The notes beneath the pieces were generated by a model, which saw only the letters and a program-made list of their open reading frames with translations, ran no database searches and had not been told where the DNA came from. The translations under genes and the position numbers were made by a program. A DNA stretch of 64,000 nucleotides from Barthelona sp. PCE (lineage: Eukaryota): contig JAUFOR010000002.1 of the NCBI GenBank assembly GCA_040285745.1, positions 1,240,001-1,304,000 of the forward strand. The letters run 5' to 3'. This document shows, piece after piece, positions 39,784 through 51,106 of this stretch (its first letter is position 1; every line of letters starts with the position of its first letter).

Positions 39784-42213
39784 ATGGCTTCTCGTCATCT
39801 TTACACATATACCACGAAGAAAATCAAGTGCGTGGACTTCCACCCGAGCGAGCCTCTGATTTTGCTCTCTTTCTTTAATGGTACCATCGAGATTTATAAT
39901 CATGAATCCCGTAAAGTAGTTAAATCTGCTAGTGTGTCTGCTAAAACGATAAGAAGCGCCAAATTCATTGCTAGAAAGGGTTGGTTCATCACCATTGATG
40001 ATGCTGCACGTGCTAAGGTTTTTGATATTATGACCTTTGAGAAGGTTGCAGAGTTTGAGGCTGGTCTTGACTTTCTCCGATGCGTCACTGTGCACAATGA
40101 GAAACCTTACGTTATTATATCAGGTGATGATATGTACATCCGTATTTTCAACTGGGAAAAGAACTGGAAATGCGAGAAATCCTACGATTCACACACTTAC
40201 TACGTCATGCAAACAGAGCTGAACCCTAAGAACAAGGATCAGTTTGCGTCTGCAAGTCTTGATGGTGTTTGTTACATTTGGTCTGTTAATTCTGAGCAGC
40301 CTCTCATGATTTTGAACCCTCGGTCAAAGGCACTGAACACAGTTGATTACTGCTTCGACGAATCAAAGCCCTACGTGGCTGTTGGTGGTGATGATTTCAT
40401 GGTTCGTATCTACGATTACCAGACCCGATCACCCATTCATAGATTCGAAGAGGCTCATCTTGATAACGTCACTGCTGTCCGTTGGCACCCAATGAACCAG
40501 AATATTCTGCTGAGTACCGGTGAGGACGGTAAGGTTAATGTCTATAACACTAGTTCTATGCAGATCATCAAATCGTTTCACCCTAACATGGGCATAGGCT
40601 GGAGTATCAGTGTTTTCGATGGATCAAACAAGTTTGCCGTTGCGTTTGATGAGGGTGTAGCCTTTTATACATTGGGTGATGAAGAACCTATTGCTTCGAT
40701 GTCGAAGAACAAACTCTTACTGGCACACGGTCGTGAGGTTAAGTCTTATGATCAGCGTGGAGAAAATACACTCGGACAGTGGGACTTTGATATTACAAGT
40801 TTGGCACATAATACTAATGGACGTTTCACAATGGTTTCTTCTGCTCAACAAGGAAAATGGGCTGTTTTCAGCACTTTATCGTGGCGTCTGCGTTTCCAGG
40901 GCAAGGGAACGTCGCCTGTTTGGTCGGGAATCAATGATTCATTTGCTTTCCTCGACCGCAACACTGTAGAAATCCACTCCTCGAAGGACAACACTCAGAT
41001 TATATCGATCAAGGTCGACTCTGTCTCATCGCTTTTTGGTGGATCAATGCTCGGTGTCTACTCCAAGAGAGACAACACCATTGATTTTTATGACTGGGAG
41101 ACATGCGAACTCGTTGATTCTTTAGAAGCTGAAGTGCTTGATGTACTTTGGGACGGCAATATGCTTGCTATCCGCACGTTTGATACAGTTTTTGTTCTTG
41201 CTCTCGGCGAAGAGGGCTTTGAGTTTTTGGAGGAAATTGTCATTGATTGCAGTAGTTTCTTCTTTGTTTCTCGCTGTTTATTCATGGTTGGTAACTCAAA
41301 GGTGAGTATCTGGACAGATCAGTTGACATTGGACATTCACGTGCTTGATGAGAAGGTTTGGATTATGGGCTACGTGTCAAAGGATCGTTGTCTTCGTGTT
41401 ATTAACAAGAAGGGTAAAATTATTGACATCCCTCTTTCCTTCGAGTTCCTTAAGTTCGCTACTACGCTTGAGATGGATCTCATCCCCAGTATTGAAGATG
41501 GTCTCCGTGACAAACTCAGTAGACACTACCACCTTCATGATGAAGTTGAATTAGCTTTCTCTCTCGCAGTATCCAACGATTTCAAGTTCAGGATTGCAAA
41601 GGAGCAACAGTGGCTTGAAAGAATGCTCGAGGTCGCGTCAAAATCAGATTTGCCTGATGTCGCTGATTTGTGTTTGAAGAAAAATGATGTGGACCAAGCC
41701 ATCAAGTGTTATCGCGAGGCTAACGATTATTCTTCATTGTTGATGATTGCTTCTACAGTAGGTGATGCCGCATTGGTTGAAGAGTGTGTTGAAAATCTTG
41801 AAGGTGCAGTGCAAACACTGTTTGGCCTCCAATATTTGGGTCGCAAAGATGATATTGTTAATCTTCTGAACGATAACCAAATGCAAGTCGAGAAGCGTAT
41901 CTACGAGAGGACATACCCGGAGATGACACCCGTTCAGATGCAAGTTGCAGTAGAAGAAGAGGTTGTTGCCCCTGTTGAAGAAGAGGAATCCATTATTGTT
42001 GAGGAAGAGCCGAAGAGTGTTGATGAGGAGATCACTGAAGAACTCGAGTCCGAAGTGCCTGTTAAACGTGAAGCAGAGCCTGAATCCACAACCACAGTTG
42101 AGGAGGAAATTCAGGAAGAACCTGAAAAAGTAGAGCTAGATACTGATCTGAGTGAAATTGAGTTTTCAGATGATGAAATTCCAGTTCAGGAACCTAAAAA
42201 GAAGGCTGACTAG
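39784..42213 (+). CDS. COPB2: Coatomer subunit beta'
   Basis: KIKCVDFHPSEP, KFIARKGW, HTYYVMQ..NPK...FASASLD; second propeller, solenoid and acidic tail. Confidence 0.92.
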   Translation: MASRHLYTYTTKKIKCVDFHPSEPLILLSFFNGTIEIYNHESRKVVKSASVSAKTIRSAKFIARKGWFITIDDAARAKVFDIMTFEKVAEFEAGLDFLRCVTVHNEKPYVIISGDDMYIRIFNWEKNWKCEKSYDSHTYYVMQTELNPKNKDQFASASLDGVCYIWSVNSEQPLMILNPRSKALNTVDYCFDESKPYVAVGGDDFMVRIYDYQTRSPIHRFEEAHLDNVTAVRWHPMNQNILLSTGEDGKVNVYNTSSMQIIKSFHPNMGIGWSISVFDGSNKFAVAFDEGVAFYTLGDEEPIASMSKNKLLLAHGREVKSYDQRGENTLGQWDFDITSLAHNTNGRFTMVSSAQQGKWAVFSTLSWRLRFQGKGTSPVWSGINDSFAFLDRNTVEIHSSKDNTQIISIKVDSVSSLFGGSMLGVYSKRDNTIDFYDWETCELVDSLEAEVLDVLWDGNMLAIRTFDTVFVLALGEEGFEFLEEIVIDCSSFFFVSRCLFMVGNSKVSIWTDQLTLDIHVLDEKVWIMGYVSKDRCLRVINKKGKIIDIPLSFEFLKFATTLEMDLIPSIEDGLRDKLSRHYHLHDEVELAFSLAVSNDFKFRIAKEQQWLERMLEVASKSDLPDVADLCLKKNDVDQAIKCYREANDYSSLLMIASTVGDAALVEECVENLEGAVQTLFGLQYLGRKDDIVNLLNDNQMQVEKRIYERTYPEMTPVQMQVAVEEEVVAPVEEEESIIVEEEPKSVDEEITEELESEVPVKREAEPESTTTVEEEIQEEPEKVELDTDLSEIEFSDDEIPVQEPKKKAD

Positions 42214-42239
42214 AAAATAAACAATGTTTACATTATCAT

Positions 42240-45158
42240 TTATACATAGAAATCATCATCGCTCTGATCTGGATGATCAGGAGATGGTACGGGGTTAAGC
42301 TTCAACTGGATTTTCTTATCACTCATTGATCTGTTCAGATAGCGCTGGATGTGCTCTCTTGTCATCACTTCCTCTCCTTCACTCTCGTCATCAATCGGGG
42401 TGGGTCCCTCATCAACTGACTCTGCTGTAACAGGTCTGGTGATGGCAGGACTGGGTGAAAGTAATGCCAGCTGCGTCTCTAACTGCTGTGCGAAATCTGC
42501 AATCTCTTCAGTGTTCATGTTACCGTCAACGTAAACACCACTGATTGCCTCCTTCATACCGTCTGTTGATGCATCATGTCTTTCTGTAATATTTAGAACA
42601 AGGTACGACCAACCAATCTTGCCAGAATCTGTAAAAATATCAGCCGTCATGTCCAAACCCAGCTCATAGTCGGTTGCTAGTTTGAGTTCTTCGGTGTCTG
42701 GTACAGGTACAGCAATGGAGCACAGGCGCTTTGAGCTTATGACATGGATGCGACCGTACGCCAACTGTGTGAACACATAACTGAGACTCTTAGGTTTGCA
42801 TACAACCTTGAGCACCAGCTTCACGGTCATTGGTTCGACCTTGGCCTCATCCTCCGATATCTGTGATGCGAATACGTTTTCAGTCTCGATGACACTATGG
42901 TTGCCAAGGTTTAGACTGAAATCACATGTTTGTGGCTTCATAAGATCTTCAACCTGGGTGAAATCAGTAAAAAACAAAGATATTAGCTTCATTTCAATGA
43001 TGTACTCCGTGAATTGCGCACGCTCATCTGCTGCGACAGTCAAATCAAGCACACTCTGCCTTCTCTCACTGCTCTTGAAATTTGAACTCCTATTGCGTAA
43101 CATTTTCTTCTTCTTTTTCTTAGGGAGAATGGCGGCAAAGTCGCCTGGCATCCCATCACACGTGAAGAAGTGAGGGGGAACTCTGTAAAGCTGTGTTTCC
43201 TCAATCGGGTGTACCTCAACACATGCTGCATTGATATGAACGAGCTGCTGCATCTGATAACTAACGCGAAGGTTGACAGGAGTTACAAATGAATTTGTTG
43301 ACAGCGTAAATACGCCCTCTTGCTTTTGTAAGTGATCCTCAACAGCGAAATTAACAAACCATGAACCAAGGTACTCACCACTATCTGTTGTTAAATCGAA
43401 ATTGAATGGTTTTTCGCTTAAAAAGTCGTGCACATCGTCGTAAGTGCAATACAGAGGAATATTGAGCAATCTATGAATTGTGAAGCATGTATCGACAGAG
43501 GCATCAGACTTGAACACAGGAACATCAATTACATATTCCTTATTGAACAGAACAAACGATAGATTCACCTTGTTGGCCTCAAAGTGTAGACCAGGCTGCA
43601 GGCCAATGATATCATGAACGAAAAACATGAGCCGGAAGAATTGGAAATCTTTCTTCATAGCAATGAAACTCTCATCAGCAGCACACTTGTTCAGATACGA
43701 AACCTCGCTGAATTTAAAGAAAAACTCGTTCGGTTCGAATGTTTTAAGGTTGCCTTTGATGGGTATCCCCAGGTCCTTAGCGTGTACCTTCTCGAGATTC
43801 ATGAGCTGGATCTCGGTTTGATGTAGGGAATAGCAATTGGAGCAAACAGAGCACTTCTTGAAATCACGGATTGGTGAGCTTGTGATACTCTCATCAAAAT
43901 CTCGTGGAATTCTAAACTCAGAACGATAACACCATGGTAAATCCTGGTTTCGTCGGATGAGATGCATAGCGAACTTGCGAATCTGAGAAAATGTGAGAAA
44001 GTGCGTTAGATCGTTGGAATTAACAAAAGATGACTGACAACAATGGCAAAAAATATTTTTGCGATTATACTTCAGATTTCGCTTAACGATATTAAAATTG
44101 AACGCCTTAACCTGTAGTGTCCATATCCTCCCGTGACTGTCACAGATAAAATCAACTGTGAAATTGGTAAAGGGAAACGGTAAGAAATGTAACAAACTCT
44201 CCATCGACGATTTCAATCCAGGACTAATTGTACGACACTTAAAGATATCAACCTGCTTCCAGTTGATCAGCTTGCATTCGTCCAACTTCTCCCACGAATT
44301 AATACTATACAATGTTCTGCTTGGGTGAATGTATCTATACAATGACACCTTGGAGGAACGGGGTGGGATAAACGTCTGTATGATTGTAGGTTCTTGGATG
44401 GCAAGGCTGAGGTTAATTTGCTGCTTGAAATCTTTAACGTTCAACAGTAATGTGTCTGTTGACCACCCATTTCCTGACTTTTTCAAAACCGCAATAAGTT
44501 GATTTTCTTCAAGCCCATCGGATAACATAAGTGCATCTACGTTGCTGAAATCATCATATCTGTGAACATTACCATCTTTCTCATTTGTAGCAAACCATGT
44601 TCTTGTGATTTCACCATCTCGTTCATAAAAAACTAAAGTATCAGGCACCCAGATGGATAAACGACATCCTCTATACACAACTGGGCTCCACCCATCCGAG
44701 GATGTGGGTGAATGAATTGCTAACCATACGAAAAAACCTACACCGGCTGCAAACTGATTAGTTTCACAAAAATCAAGATCTTTCATCTGTACTTTACGAA
44801 CAAGAGTCTTACGTGCCTCTTTTTCATGCTCCTGTCTCAATAATTCTGCTTGAGAGACCTCTTTGTTTTTTTGAACAATCATACGTTGACTTTGAAGCAA
44901 GCGCGTCTCTGTTTTGATATCAAAGACGGACGCCTTCTCGTTACTCCACCCTCTCTTACTTCCATCTTCTGTTAAAATGGATCGAGAACGCTCAAAAAGT
45001 GGATGCTTTTTTGAACGCGGTTTTCTCCTTGACCTTGACCCCTTTGACGACATCCTAGACGAAGAACTTCGCGAGGAATGCATTAAATTGTGTGAGTATG
45101 CAAATGAAAAGGGTAAAATTTGTAAACGAATTTTTAGTGGATCATTACTTCTTAACAT
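42240..45158 (-). CDS. Hypothetical protein (972 aa)
   Basis: Long ORF; IIQTFI and VDFICDSHGRIWTLQV suggest an ATP-grasp-like fold; CxxC pairs present; start uncertain. Confidence 0.7.
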   Translation of the reverse strand: MLRSNDPLKIRLQILPFSFAYSHNLMHSSRSSSSRMSSKGSRSRRKPRSKKHPLFERSRSILTEDGSKRGWSNEKASVFDIKTETRLLQSQRMIVQKNKEVSQAELLRQEHEKEARKTLVRKVQMKDLDFCETNQFAAGVGFFVWLAIHSPTSSDGWSPVVYRGCRLSIWVPDTLVFYERDGEITRTWFATNEKDGNVHRYDDFSNVDALMLSDGLEENQLIAVLKKSGNGWSTDTLLLNVKDFKQQINLSLAIQEPTIIQTFIPPRSSKVSLYRYIHPSRTLYSINSWEKLDECKLINWKQVDIFKCRTISPGLKSSMESLLHFLPFPFTNFTVDFICDSHGRIWTLQVKAFNFNIVKRNLKYNRKNIFCHCCQSSFVNSNDLTHFLTFSQIRKFAMHLIRRNQDLPWCYRSEFRIPRDFDESITSSPIRDFKKCSVCSNCYSLHQTEIQLMNLEKVHAKDLGIPIKGNLKTFEPNEFFFKFSEVSYLNKCAADESFIAMKKDFQFFRLMFFVHDIIGLQPGLHFEANKVNLSFVLFNKEYVIDVPVFKSDASVDTCFTIHRLLNIPLYCTYDDVHDFLSEKPFNFDLTTDSGEYLGSWFVNFAVEDHLQKQEGVFTLSTNSFVTPVNLRVSYQMQQLVHINAACVEVHPIEETQLYRVPPHFFTCDGMPGDFAAILPKKKKKKMLRNRSSNFKSSERRQSVLDLTVAADERAQFTEYIIEMKLISLFFTDFTQVEDLMKPQTCDFSLNLGNHSVIETENVFASQISEDEAKVEPMTVKLVLKVVCKPKSLSYVFTQLAYGRIHVISSKRLCSIAVPVPDTEELKLATDYELGLDMTADIFTDSGKIGWSYLVLNITERHDASTDGMKEAISGVYVDGNMNTEEIADFAQQLETQLALLSPSPAITRPVTAESVDEGPTPIDDESEGEEVMTREHIQRYLNRSMSDKKIQLKLNPVPSPDHPDQSDDDFYV

Positions 45159-45351
45159 TTACTTAATGTTTAACAAAGTAGTTGTATGTTCACTACATTT
45201 TCCTAAAACGTGCTTGAATTCTGAATAACTTCTACAGGTAAGCGTTTTCAGAATTTTCTTCCATACCAGTTTACGTAAGTATTCGTAAACGTTACAAAGG
45301 GTTATCTTTCTCACTTTTACTCCTTGATACACATACACTTTAACCAAAAAC

Positions 45352-46815
45352 ATGTTTCCTTTGTTTGTGGCTTTCAGAGTTCATGAAATGAAGATGAGGG
45401 TTGATCAATGGACACGGCTGAGGCGTGCATCCTTTCGCCGCGCATCAAAGATTCTTTCAATGATTGCATTAATCATGCTAGCAATAGTATTTGGAATCAC
45501 AGCTGAGTTTAGTCGTTCATTATGGCATCAGGGCGATTCAAAGGAATGCATCGACCTTGTTAACAGCGTTACTGGTCAAGATTTTGATGTTGTTTTGATC
45601 AACTACATTGTTGAAGACTCAACAATCATCGACATCATCAATTCATTTGTAGAAGACTTTCTATGGGACGGAGAGGCAATCGTAGAGGAGCTACACAAGG
45701 ATGAATATGGATCACTCCCTTCTACACAAATGTCTGTCGACTCTGCAGTTTTTGCAACATCGCTTCCTTTAGCTCTGACTATTAACCACCATTCAGTCAA
45801 TGTACTTAATGTTTCACACACCGTTGTGAATATATCACTGAGCCACGCATGTTACGGTGACGGTATCACAAATTTAATCAACGTATTCTATCCGCACGGA
45901 GTGTTTTACAACAAAATGAACAGAGGTATCATTGTATCTGAGGAAGCAGAGGCAGTTTTTATTAGAGGAAGTGAACCATCCATATTTTTTGTCTTGATAA
46001 TATCATTTATAATTTCAGCTGTAGTTTTACTAACACGTGGAATGTTTTTCTTTATGGCAAAACCGCCAACAAATAACGTTCCTATCGTTGCAGAACATTT
46101 CATTATACAAAACCCTTTTGTCATTATCAAATTGGCTTTGTTAGGTTTTATTTTTTGGTCTGTTAAGTTAATTCTTTTATTTGTTATTAGTATTGGTCTA
46201 CATAACGTCTGCTTTTTGTTCATGAACGTGTTACCAAGCAGGAGTATGATATTTATGTTACTCGTCACCAATGTGTTTTTTGAATCCTTGATGTTTAGAA
46301 CTACGTTCCATAAAAAAGCTCTTAAAAAAGGATATTTTTCTTTTTTGGGGGCTAGGACAATCTTAGCGTTGGCATTTTTCAAGTTACCTTACTGTACGAT
46401 TCTTCTATTCGTTATGTCATTTTGTGGATCAAGTCTTTGCTTTGTAATTGCTCTTGTTTCCGATTTAAACATATATTCAAAGGTGTTCAGGCGAAATCCA
46501 GAAAGATACAGATATCAAAGAAACGAATCACGTATTAATATGCTACAGCTTGTGCCCCCTGATGCATTTGTGGCTAAATTAACACCGTGGGACACATCAG
46601 TCGAGGTTCACCTACTGACTGGCGATAACGCAACAGTCCCTCAACAAGAAGCAATGTTGAATAACAGGTTCTTACATCATGATACTATGAACACCCCCCA
46701 GCGCCATCCTGTTGGATATGTTCAACGTGATACCGATGAGTTCCATTATGCTGACATCTTTTTATACGCTCATGAGCATTCTACTGCCCCTGTGCAGCTG
46801 CAACATGATGAGTAA
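45352..46815 (+). CDS. Multi-pass membrane protein, possibly membralin (TMEM259)-like
   Basis: N-terminal TM, luminal loop with CYGD, several C-terminal TMs. Confidence 0.5.
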   Translation: MFPLFVAFRVHEMKMRVDQWTRLRRASFRRASKILSMIALIMLAIVFGITAEFSRSLWHQGDSKECIDLVNSVTGQDFDVVLINYIVEDSTIIDIINSFVEDFLWDGEAIVEELHKDEYGSLPSTQMSVDSAVFATSLPLALTINHHSVNVLNVSHTVVNISLSHACYGDGITNLINVFYPHGVFYNKMNRGIIVSEEAEAVFIRGSEPSIFFVLIISFIISAVVLLTRGMFFFMAKPPTNNVPIVAEHFIIQNPFVIIKLALLGFIFWSVKLILLFVISIGLHNVCFLFMNVLPSRSMIFMLLVTNVFFESLMFRTTFHKKALKKGYFSFLGARTILALAFFKLPYCTILLFVMSFCGSSLCFVIALVSDLNIYSKVFRRNPERYRYQRNESRINMLQLVPPDAFVAKLTPWDTSVEVHLLTGDNATVPQQEAMLNNRFLHHDTMNTPQRHPVGYVQRDTDEFHYADIFLYAHEHSTAPVQLQHDE

Positions 46816-46864
46816 TCTTGTGAATAAATTTCTTAGTAATTGTTTATTTATAAATGTTTTCTGT

Positions 46865-48775
46865 TTAACTGATCATAATCATGTTCTTAAGGTCTCTCAG
46901 CATACATAGATATGTTCTATATGTAGATACCCCATAACGATCCAATACTGCCTTTGGAAAACTAACTCTGTGAAATGTGGAAGTGTACGAATGTGCTTGA
47001 AGTGCAATATGAGTACATTTCAACACGGCTTCTCTGCAAACCTTGCTTGATAGTATTGATTCAGTACATGTTACTTCAAGATATTGACAAATAATTATCA
47101 AAAGTGTATCACAAAGGCCTATCAAATCTCCAACGCTAAGATTAAATTCTGTTGAAAAAATCTGAAGGAATTTGGTTACATAGGACATCAAAAAATCTGT
47201 TGGTACATCATTATTTAATAATGAACGAAATAACAAATGTGCCTCCACACCTTTAAAGTAAAAAACATTGCAAATGGTATCTGTTGTTATGTTCAGCTGT
47301 TTCCTAACTCTGTTGAAGTGCTCTATGTTACTATGGGCTCCATATAACAAAACAGCAAGAATATCGTAGTGACCAGAGCCTGCATTCTTGTAATTTAAAA
47401 AGCAAGTTTCCATTATCGATTTAAAAGCCTTTGGATATAATGTAGGGATCTGCGCGATGAGATCCTTGTCAAGGTATGGTAAGGACATTGCAAAAGAGGA
47501 AGCTGCTGCGCTTTGAAAGAACGTCATTTCCGGATCTCTGAATAAAGCCATCAAAAAAGACAATGGTGTAAAAAGTTGATTAGAATATACTGAAAAAGAA
47601 CGTGATGTGCGCAATAAACTGCTCATGGACGGATAATGACTGAGTATATTTGTGAAAAGCTTTATATATTCAGTAAAAATCTCATTTAGCAATGTAGCCA
47701 ACGTCTTTGCAAGATTGTCAGGCTCCTTATTGCTCTCAATGACCCTAAGAACAGCACTAGTGCGTAAATAATAAAAAAATCTGTTGAAGCCTTGAAGAAT
47801 GTCATTTTGAAGGAAAAATTTGTGTTCAAGCCTTAGAACCTCGCTAATAACCGTTGCTACTTGCCCTAAGAAAGGAACAGCATTGCTTAACATTGCAAAG
47901 TCCGTTGCATCCGCTCCGTGCAAAAAATCTGTGATGCCTCCAATATCTTTTGTAGAAAAGAGCACATTATCCCATGTCATGTCCACAATAGCGGCACAAT
48001 CAGCATATAGACTCTCTTCAATATATAAAATAAGAGGAGAAAAAGCATTGAACAACTTTAATAACTTCCTCTTAAATCTTGATACAAACCTTAAATTCTT
48101 CATTTCTATTCTACTTTTCTCCAACATGGTCTTCTGTGGTAGTTGGACAATACCCGTCTTACACTTGTTAAAACAAAATAATGATCGTAACCCATCATAA
48201 GAAACTGAGCACCCAATCACTAACCCTGTCAAAGACATGATCATTTGAAAGCATAGAGGTGGCATAGAATCAATAAGATCGTAGCTTAAATAGTCTTCCA
48301 ACACAATAGCGTCTGAAAAAGTCAAGATGCATGTGAGTGGAATCTCAACGTCATATAACAACCCGAAATCAATACGTAAGATGCTTTCGATGTGTCTCAT
48401 AAGGAATCCATGCATGCATTCATCCTCCATATGACTGAAAAGCGTTAGAACATTGAGAAAAACACGTAAACCTTCTAGATCCATAAAAACATTGTCTAAG
48501 ATAGCGTACGTATCTTTATCCACGTAAACGTCAAACCACATGTCACAGAATTCTTCACAGAACGAGTAAAAACCAGCGTTCTTAATTAATCCATAGTCTT
48601 CTTTTGCGGAACAGTTCATAAAGCAACTTAGATAGTGACTAAACTCTGGGTTTCCACCGATGTAGGCCCCCTTTAGACTCTCCACAAGGCCAAGCGCCGA
48701 ATGGGAGGTTGAGCCAGTTTCATAACCTTTAAGAGCAATACTGGAATCTCCAATATGGCACAGTTGATGGATCAT
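46865..48775 (-). CDS. Hypothetical helical-repeat-like protein
   Basis: 636-aa Leu/Phe-rich ORF with no recognisable motif. Confidence 0.7.
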   Translation of the reverse strand: MIHQLCHIGDSSIALKGYETGSTSHSALGLVESLKGAYIGGNPEFSHYLSCFMNCSAKEDYGLIKNAGFYSFCEEFCDMWFDVYVDKDTYAILDNVFMDLEGLRVFLNVLTLFSHMEDECMHGFLMRHIESILRIDFGLLYDVEIPLTCILTFSDAIVLEDYLSYDLIDSMPPLCFQMIMSLTGLVIGCSVSYDGLRSLFCFNKCKTGIVQLPQKTMLEKSRIEMKNLRFVSRFKRKLLKLFNAFSPLILYIEESLYADCAAIVDMTWDNVLFSTKDIGGITDFLHGADATDFAMLSNAVPFLGQVATVISEVLRLEHKFFLQNDILQGFNRFFYYLRTSAVLRVIESNKEPDNLAKTLATLLNEIFTEYIKLFTNILSHYPSMSSLLRTSRSFSVYSNQLFTPLSFLMALFRDPEMTFFQSAAASSFAMSLPYLDKDLIAQIPTLYPKAFKSIMETCFLNYKNAGSGHYDILAVLLYGAHSNIEHFNRVRKQLNITTDTICNVFYFKGVEAHLLFRSLLNNDVPTDFLMSYVTKFLQIFSTEFNLSVGDLIGLCDTLLIIICQYLEVTCTESILSSKVCREAVLKCTHIALQAHSYTSTFHRVSFPKAVLDRYGVSTYRTYLCMLRDLKNMIMIS

Positions 48776-49100
48776 CTCGCCTATCCTGCTTGAAGCTTTT
48801 TCTTGAAAAAGGATGTATAAAGAAAAACGTTGTTTTTTAACATATGAATGTATTTTGTCAGTATTTACACCTTGAAAGGGGCTTTGTGCTGCATATCCAT
48901 CGTCTTATAAGAATAAATAGTTCGCTGAAGCAGAACAGTGAATTTGAGCCAAAATTTTTTTTTGCTTATGAATACTTTAATGTACTATCTGTGTATGTCG
49001 CAACACTTTTGGACAAGATATACGGCAGCAGAGACTAAAGATGCATTACAGGAACATGTATTTATCATTTCATTCAATATCGTTACTTCTTTTTGTGTGA

Positions 49101-49766
49101 ATGTCAGAATCATCGCGGGGACCAACAAAGACCGCCGAGATATTTAGTTCTGAGGCGAACGACGTGCTTCACTTATTGCGGGAAGAGATAACAGACTTAA
49201 AGCTCACTTTGCAGCTTTTAAGCAAGGTCAATCATGATGGGGAGATACGACAAAACATATCTTCAGTCAAGGAACACATTTTGCGCATTGCATCTCAACG
49301 CACAAGAAGCAGTCTGGTACAAGACTTAGATATGCTTGATATTGATGTGTTTAATGCTTCAAAACAGGGGGATATTGAACGCTCTATATTGGAAAATGAA
49401 GAGAAATCGGAGTTGTTGAAGAAAGATGTTGAAGACAGATTGAACAAGGTTGTACAGCATCTGAGTGACTTTACCGTTGCGCAGGAAACATACCAGACAA
49501 TGGAAGAGCAACTTTCCAACCAAGTAGATACGCTAAAGTTGATTATGAACGAGAAAATTTTCCAATCTGATTTTGATGAGCGGAAAGCAACAATAACTGC
49601 TGAAATTGATGATTTCAATCAAAAAATAGCTGACATCGATAGCCAAACAGCTGCTTTACGAGTAGAACTGGAAAATAATGAAGAAGAGGTGCAGGAATCT
49701 TCGTTGGAATATCAGAAACTTACATTTTTGTGCGATGTAATGGGGAAAATCACCGGTCCTGATTAG
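49101..49766 (+). CDS. Hypothetical coiled-coil protein
   Basis: 221-aa heptad-rich ORF. Confidence 0.65.
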   Translation: MSESSRGPTKTAEIFSSEANDVLHLLREEITDLKLTLQLLSKVNHDGEIRQNISSVKEHILRIASQRTRSSLVQDLDMLDIDVFNASKQGDIERSILENEEKSELLKKDVEDRLNKVVQHLSDFTVAQETYQTMEEQLSNQVDTLKLIMNEKIFQSDFDERKATITAEIDDFNQKIADIDSQTAALRVELENNEEEVQESSLEYQKLTFLCDVMGKITGPD

Positions 49767-49975
49767 AAATTGGTTTAGAGTGTGATTTAATGGTTGTGTA
49801 TGATATTGTTGAAACTTTTTTTTTTAATAACGTTAAACAGGTTATTGAGATTAATGTATAGCGCTTTTTCCGTTTCACTGGCAAACAGCGACTGTTTTAG
49901 TGTAAATTTTCTTACAATTTATGTGAAGGAAAAATGAATTTCTAAACAAAACCTTTTTCAAAACATATAAGTTGA

Positions 49976-50833
49976 ATGTTCAGGGCTTGTTCAGATGACG
50001 GGGAGCTTTGTATATGTTCAAGAATCTGGGAAGACGGACGAACTGATATATCAGTTTTTGATACGAGAAGTTTAAAGCCTCTGTATAAATTTTGCATCGA
50101 CTACCATCTTGTTTATGTCATAATAAGCAAAGACAAAGAATATATGTTGTTAGGAGATGATTATGCATTTTACATTTACACAATTGAGGGAGATTTCCTC
50201 ATGTCAACTCGTCAATGTGATATCTCATTGGGAGGCGAGGAACTTGCAGGCATTAATGTTTCAAAAGACTTCAAGAGAGTACTTACATGTTGTATAACTG
50301 GTGATTTGATGTTTTTCGACATCAATCCAGATGAAAACGTTAAATCAATTGAATTGGTGAGCAAACAGTATTCAATGGGTGGATGGCGCACATTTGAGAC
50401 TGATGAAGGCTGTATCATCTTGTATGACGATGAACCTACTCGTATTAATATTCAAACAATGGAGTGTGAAGAAATTTCCATTCCATTTAGACCATATGGA
50501 AGAAACAACAGGAAATATATTATGACAGAAAAAAGAGAAGTGCGGCTTAATTCCATCGATTTTGATTGGAAGATTCTTTACACGTTTGAAGAACAAGAGC
50601 AACGTGTACAATATGCTTTAGGTTTTTCTGGATCTGATCAATACGTGATCATTCCAAAAGACAATAATCAACTGGAGGTTGTTGAAGTGTTGCAAGATGG
50701 GCAAATTCGTCTTGCATTTTCTTCTACTGAGATTATTAGAGTTTGGACTGTTAGGGTTATTAATGATAAACTGCTACAATATGATAAAAAAAATGATAAG
50801 CTATGTTGCTTGGCAGAGTTGAGAGAATTATAA
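49976..50833 (+). CDS. Hypothetical beta-rich protein; paralog of 23208-24158
   Basis: LLGDDY...GEELAGINVS...CCITGDLMFF aligns by eye with the 23208 ORF. Confidence 0.7.
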   Translation: MFRACSDDGELCICSRIWEDGRTDISVFDTRSLKPLYKFCIDYHLVYVIISKDKEYMLLGDDYAFYIYTIEGDFLMSTRQCDISLGGEELAGINVSKDFKRVLTCCITGDLMFFDINPDENVKSIELVSKQYSMGGWRTFETDEGCIILYDDEPTRINIQTMECEEISIPFRPYGRNNRKYIMTEKREVRLNSIDFDWKILYTFEEQEQRVQYALGFSGSDQYVIIPKDNNQLEVVEVLQDGQIRLAFSSTEIIRVWTVRVINDKLLQYDKKNDKLCCLAELREL

Positions 50834-50871
50834 GGCACGCTTGTGAATAACACACTATTTCGGGAGTAAAT
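50834..50871. repeat. Dispersed ~40-bp motif, copy 2
   Basis: GGCACGCTTGTGAATAACACACTATTTCGGGAGTAAAT, starting immediately after the stop codon at 50833. Confidence 0.9.
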
Positions 50872-51106
50872 GTGCCTGAGGAACAGTTCTCAGCGCAAGC
50901 GCAGCACTCGGGGGAGCTCGCCTCTCCTGTTCAAGTGTACGACTCTGAAATAAATTTCCATTCTTCCATCTACGAAATTATCGTATGAAAGTTTTTGTGG
51001 TTTTAAACGTCTGAATATCTGGAAATGTTTCATATTTCCATAGACACAGTGTTAAGATTTGGAAACACCATGCTGTTCTAAGTTTTATAACCATATTATC
51101 TTTATT

